A stretch of 61,321 nt of DNA, filler included, from Asterionella formosa (taxonomy: Eukaryota), in the NCBI GenBank assembly GCA_002256025.1. It is 9 parts of 9 records of this genome, joined end to end, with 100 filler letters (N's around TTAATTAATTAA, not from the genome) between each part and the next. Parts side by side here need not be neighbours in the genome. Positions count along the whole stretch, not along the records: positions 54,621 to 61,321 come from NKIB01012632.1; 8 more parts are not named here. One strand, written 5' to 3'. Shown piece after piece: positions 59,049 to 61,321 of this stretch. The notes beneath the pieces are model-generated. The model saw nothing but the letters and a program-made list of their open reading frames with translations, was not told the DNA's origin and did no database searches. A program made the position numbers and the translations under genes. Numbering within the stretch: position 1 is the stretch's first letter; every line of letters begins with the position of its first letter.

Positions 59049-59744
59049 AATTTTCATCATTGCTTGTAGCAGCAAACATGTATTTGTCAACTCTTGAAGA
59101 TCATTGTCATATTTTGACAACACTTGATTTGTTGTAGGCATTGTAAAATGATAATCTGTTTTATAGCCCATTTGTACTCCCCTTTTTCAAGGCAAATTAT
59201 TCATTGTACTAACTGCCAACAAGACCTGCGCTCCCCTAGATTTGTTAGCATAGAAGGTGATTGTCTTTGCTGCAGCATTAGGGGAAACTCTCACTGCCTA
59301 GGAGGGTGGCACAAGCTGCTTCTAGGGGGGAACCCACTATTAATTGCCCACCAGGCAAGACCATGCAGGACAGTAAGGAGTGTGGAAGTTGAAACCTGTA
59401 GGCAATGTATTACATAGCTGCAATCATTATATAGTATAGTAGTGACAATGGGAATATAGCATGCTGTGTACTGGTGCTCATTCATGGTTAAAGTAGCTAG
59501 TCAAGGTATAATTTGCATCCTGCTTTGGCACAATCTCATTGCTTGTAGTGATTGGCCTGCACCAGAGTCACCATGTGTAACTAGTTCACCATCACTGTAA
59601 TAAGTAACATTGACATTGATTCATCAAGTTCTGCATCATTATAAGCAAATACCATCATCATGAAGTGATGATCCAAATACAATTCAAACCATAATATCAC
59701 TGACAACCATCATCATGTTGTTTTGCCCGCAGTACCTGGTACTA

Positions 59745-60217
59745 TGATGATCCGCATGGAGAGCAATTCGCTAAGTGGATCAACGATATGGGATGAGGAT
59801 TGGAGAAAATGAGACACTACACCCATGGAAGTGGCAGGTGGACTTCTTGCCATAGTTCATGATCAAAGTTCTGCACATGCTGCAGCTTGGTACAGTCTCA
59901 AGAGACCAAAGCGTGACATTGGTCGCCATTTCTATTTGGAGGAGTGTCGAGTGTGGATGAATTTACTTTATTGGGCGTTGCAAGAGTCTGGGTTGGTGGA
60001 ATCAAATCCTTCTTTTGCCGACTATTACATTCGTTTTATTGATCATTTTATGAGAGTCTATGAAGGGACAGCGCCTATGTTTTCTAAAGAAAGCTTCCGC
60101 TGGTCCACAGAACCATCTAGTAACACCAAGCTATACTTGAATAATGGATGGAAGATAAAACATGTACTTGGCCTTTCGCTTTGGCAAGTGATTGCTCAAC
60201 TTCGCTCCAGAGCATGA
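59745..60217 (+). pseudogene. 5'-truncated, frameshifted gene fragment, possibly a globin-like protein
   Basis: DPHGEQFAKWI / WDEDWRK*DTTPMEVAGG..VHDQSSAHAAAWYSLKRP...HFYLEECRVWMNLLYWAL...YIRFIDHFMRVYE. Clearly coding-like but disrupted upstream. Family assignment rests on recalled motif resemblance only. Confidence 0.4.
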
Positions 60218-61055
60218 AGCACATGAATATTTTGTATACCTTTGGTCTCTGGCAAGAGCAAGAAGCCATTTCGGGTACTATGAGCAAGCAAGTCATCTTG
60301 AATTTTCCGGAAAATCATATGTAGACATACACATATACATATATTTTTATATATTACACTGTTTTTTTAAACTTTGTGCTTGTGTTGACCAAATTTGGTG
60401 GTAAACCAAACACAATTTTGGGGTTATGAGTTTGTTTTAATATACATCCCAAATGATGTAGTTTTTTTATTATCAGAGCGCGCCCACTATGTGTACCGGT
60501 AGTGACACAATACCGTACCAGTCGTCGTATGACGGTACCGGTAGTTCCGGTTTCCCGAATTGTACGATGACCATCGTGTAGATGAATTATCGGTTCCTGG
60601 TACCTGGTATACCGGTACCTGGTAGTATGCAAAGGGTACTATGTTCATGATCGTGGTTGTATCGTGATCAGGATGATTGTGAAAGTCTCGTTCAAGTTTT
60701 TGAAAATGAGAGTACAAGGTGCAAACACAAGGTGAGGTGTTACTTTTGGAACGAAATTCCCAATTGTGCACACTGCAACTGCAACTGATACAGGAGACTG
60801 AGACCTCTGCATACAGGATATACTGACTGACGTACACGAAAGAGCTGGAGGACAACAGACATAGTGCTCATTTTCGACGGCGATAGGTAACAGGAAGAAG
60901 TAAATCTGGACATTACCCTGCGATTGCAAGAAACACTGCCACAAAGGGCGATACGCTTCGTTTTTCTCAGTACGCCTCAGTTTGCCGTTGGAAGAATTCA
61001 TCTGGACTGCTTCTATACGGCCATTTGACTGCGCAGTTTGTCGGCGAAGGCTATC

Positions 61056-61321
61056 ATGGAAGTTACCTCAGCCCTGTTTACCGAGACCCTTGGAATCGTC
61101 CAACGCCGTCTTGTCGATGCTAATGCCACAGGTAGTACATCGACTACAAATGATTCTGTTGTCCTTCGAAACACTTTCAAAGTTTATGGGTCTGCCTTTC
61201 TTGTTCTTTTCTCCGTCTTTTGCTGGGCGAGAGTGCGATATCCTCGAGTTTATCATGTCCGAAGCTGGATTGAAGATTTGCAAAGTAAGCTTGCTGATAC
61301 ACAGTACGGATTCTTGGAGTG
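61056..61321 (+). CDS. N-terminus of a CSC1/OSCA/TMEM63-like channel (runs off the window)
   Basis: MEVTSALF...SVVLRNTFKVYGSAFLVLFSVFCWARVRYPRVYHVRSW...YGFLE: first TM helix followed by R..YPRVY and a GF..W-like segment typical of the RSN1_TM region. Confidence 0.75.
   Translation, partial: MEVTSALFTETLGIVQRRLVDANATGSTSTTNDSVVLRNTFKVYGSAFLVLFSVFCWARVRYPRVYHVRSWIEDLQSKLADTQYGFLE

Overview
Eukaryotic DNA, most likely a diatom, judged from short GT-AG introns, bipartite plastid presequences, DUF6824-type proteins and CoDi-type Copia elements. The window is not contiguous. It is nine unrelated ~6.7-kb scaffolds (6739, 6735, 6730, 6730, 6728, 6723, 6718, 6717 and 6701 bp, in decreasing length) joined by artificial 100-bp N44-TTAATTAATTAA-N44 linkers, so neighbourhood across linkers has no meaning. 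Host genes: a KsgA/Dim1-type rRNA dimethyltransferase, the 3' end of a P5-type ATPase, a membrane-anchored bacterial-type alpha/beta hydrolase, a double DUF6824-like protein, a secreted bacterial-type metallophosphoesterase, a PPR protein, a 2OG-Fe(II) oxygenase, CWC24/RNF113, SAM synthetase, a TPR protein, the 5' end of LCMT1, a UFD1-UBX protein, the 5' end of a CSC1/OSCA channel, and a PhoX pseudogene. The most unusual content is in the mobile elements: (i) a TTAA-targeting Kolobok-like transposon family with a conserved, co-varying sub-terminal inverted repeat, one copy inserted into the terminal TTAA of a Copia LTR; (ii) a Copia 5' LTR followed by a perfect palindrome instead of a TGG tRNA primer-binding site; (iii) a CACTA-type terminus with a CRISPR-like-looking array of inverted 11-mers; (iv) an unclassified GGCAATTC-TIR family; (v) recurrent GGTACC/ACCGGT/ACCTGGT palindromic micro-arrays. 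All family assignments come from recognised motifs; no database searches were run.
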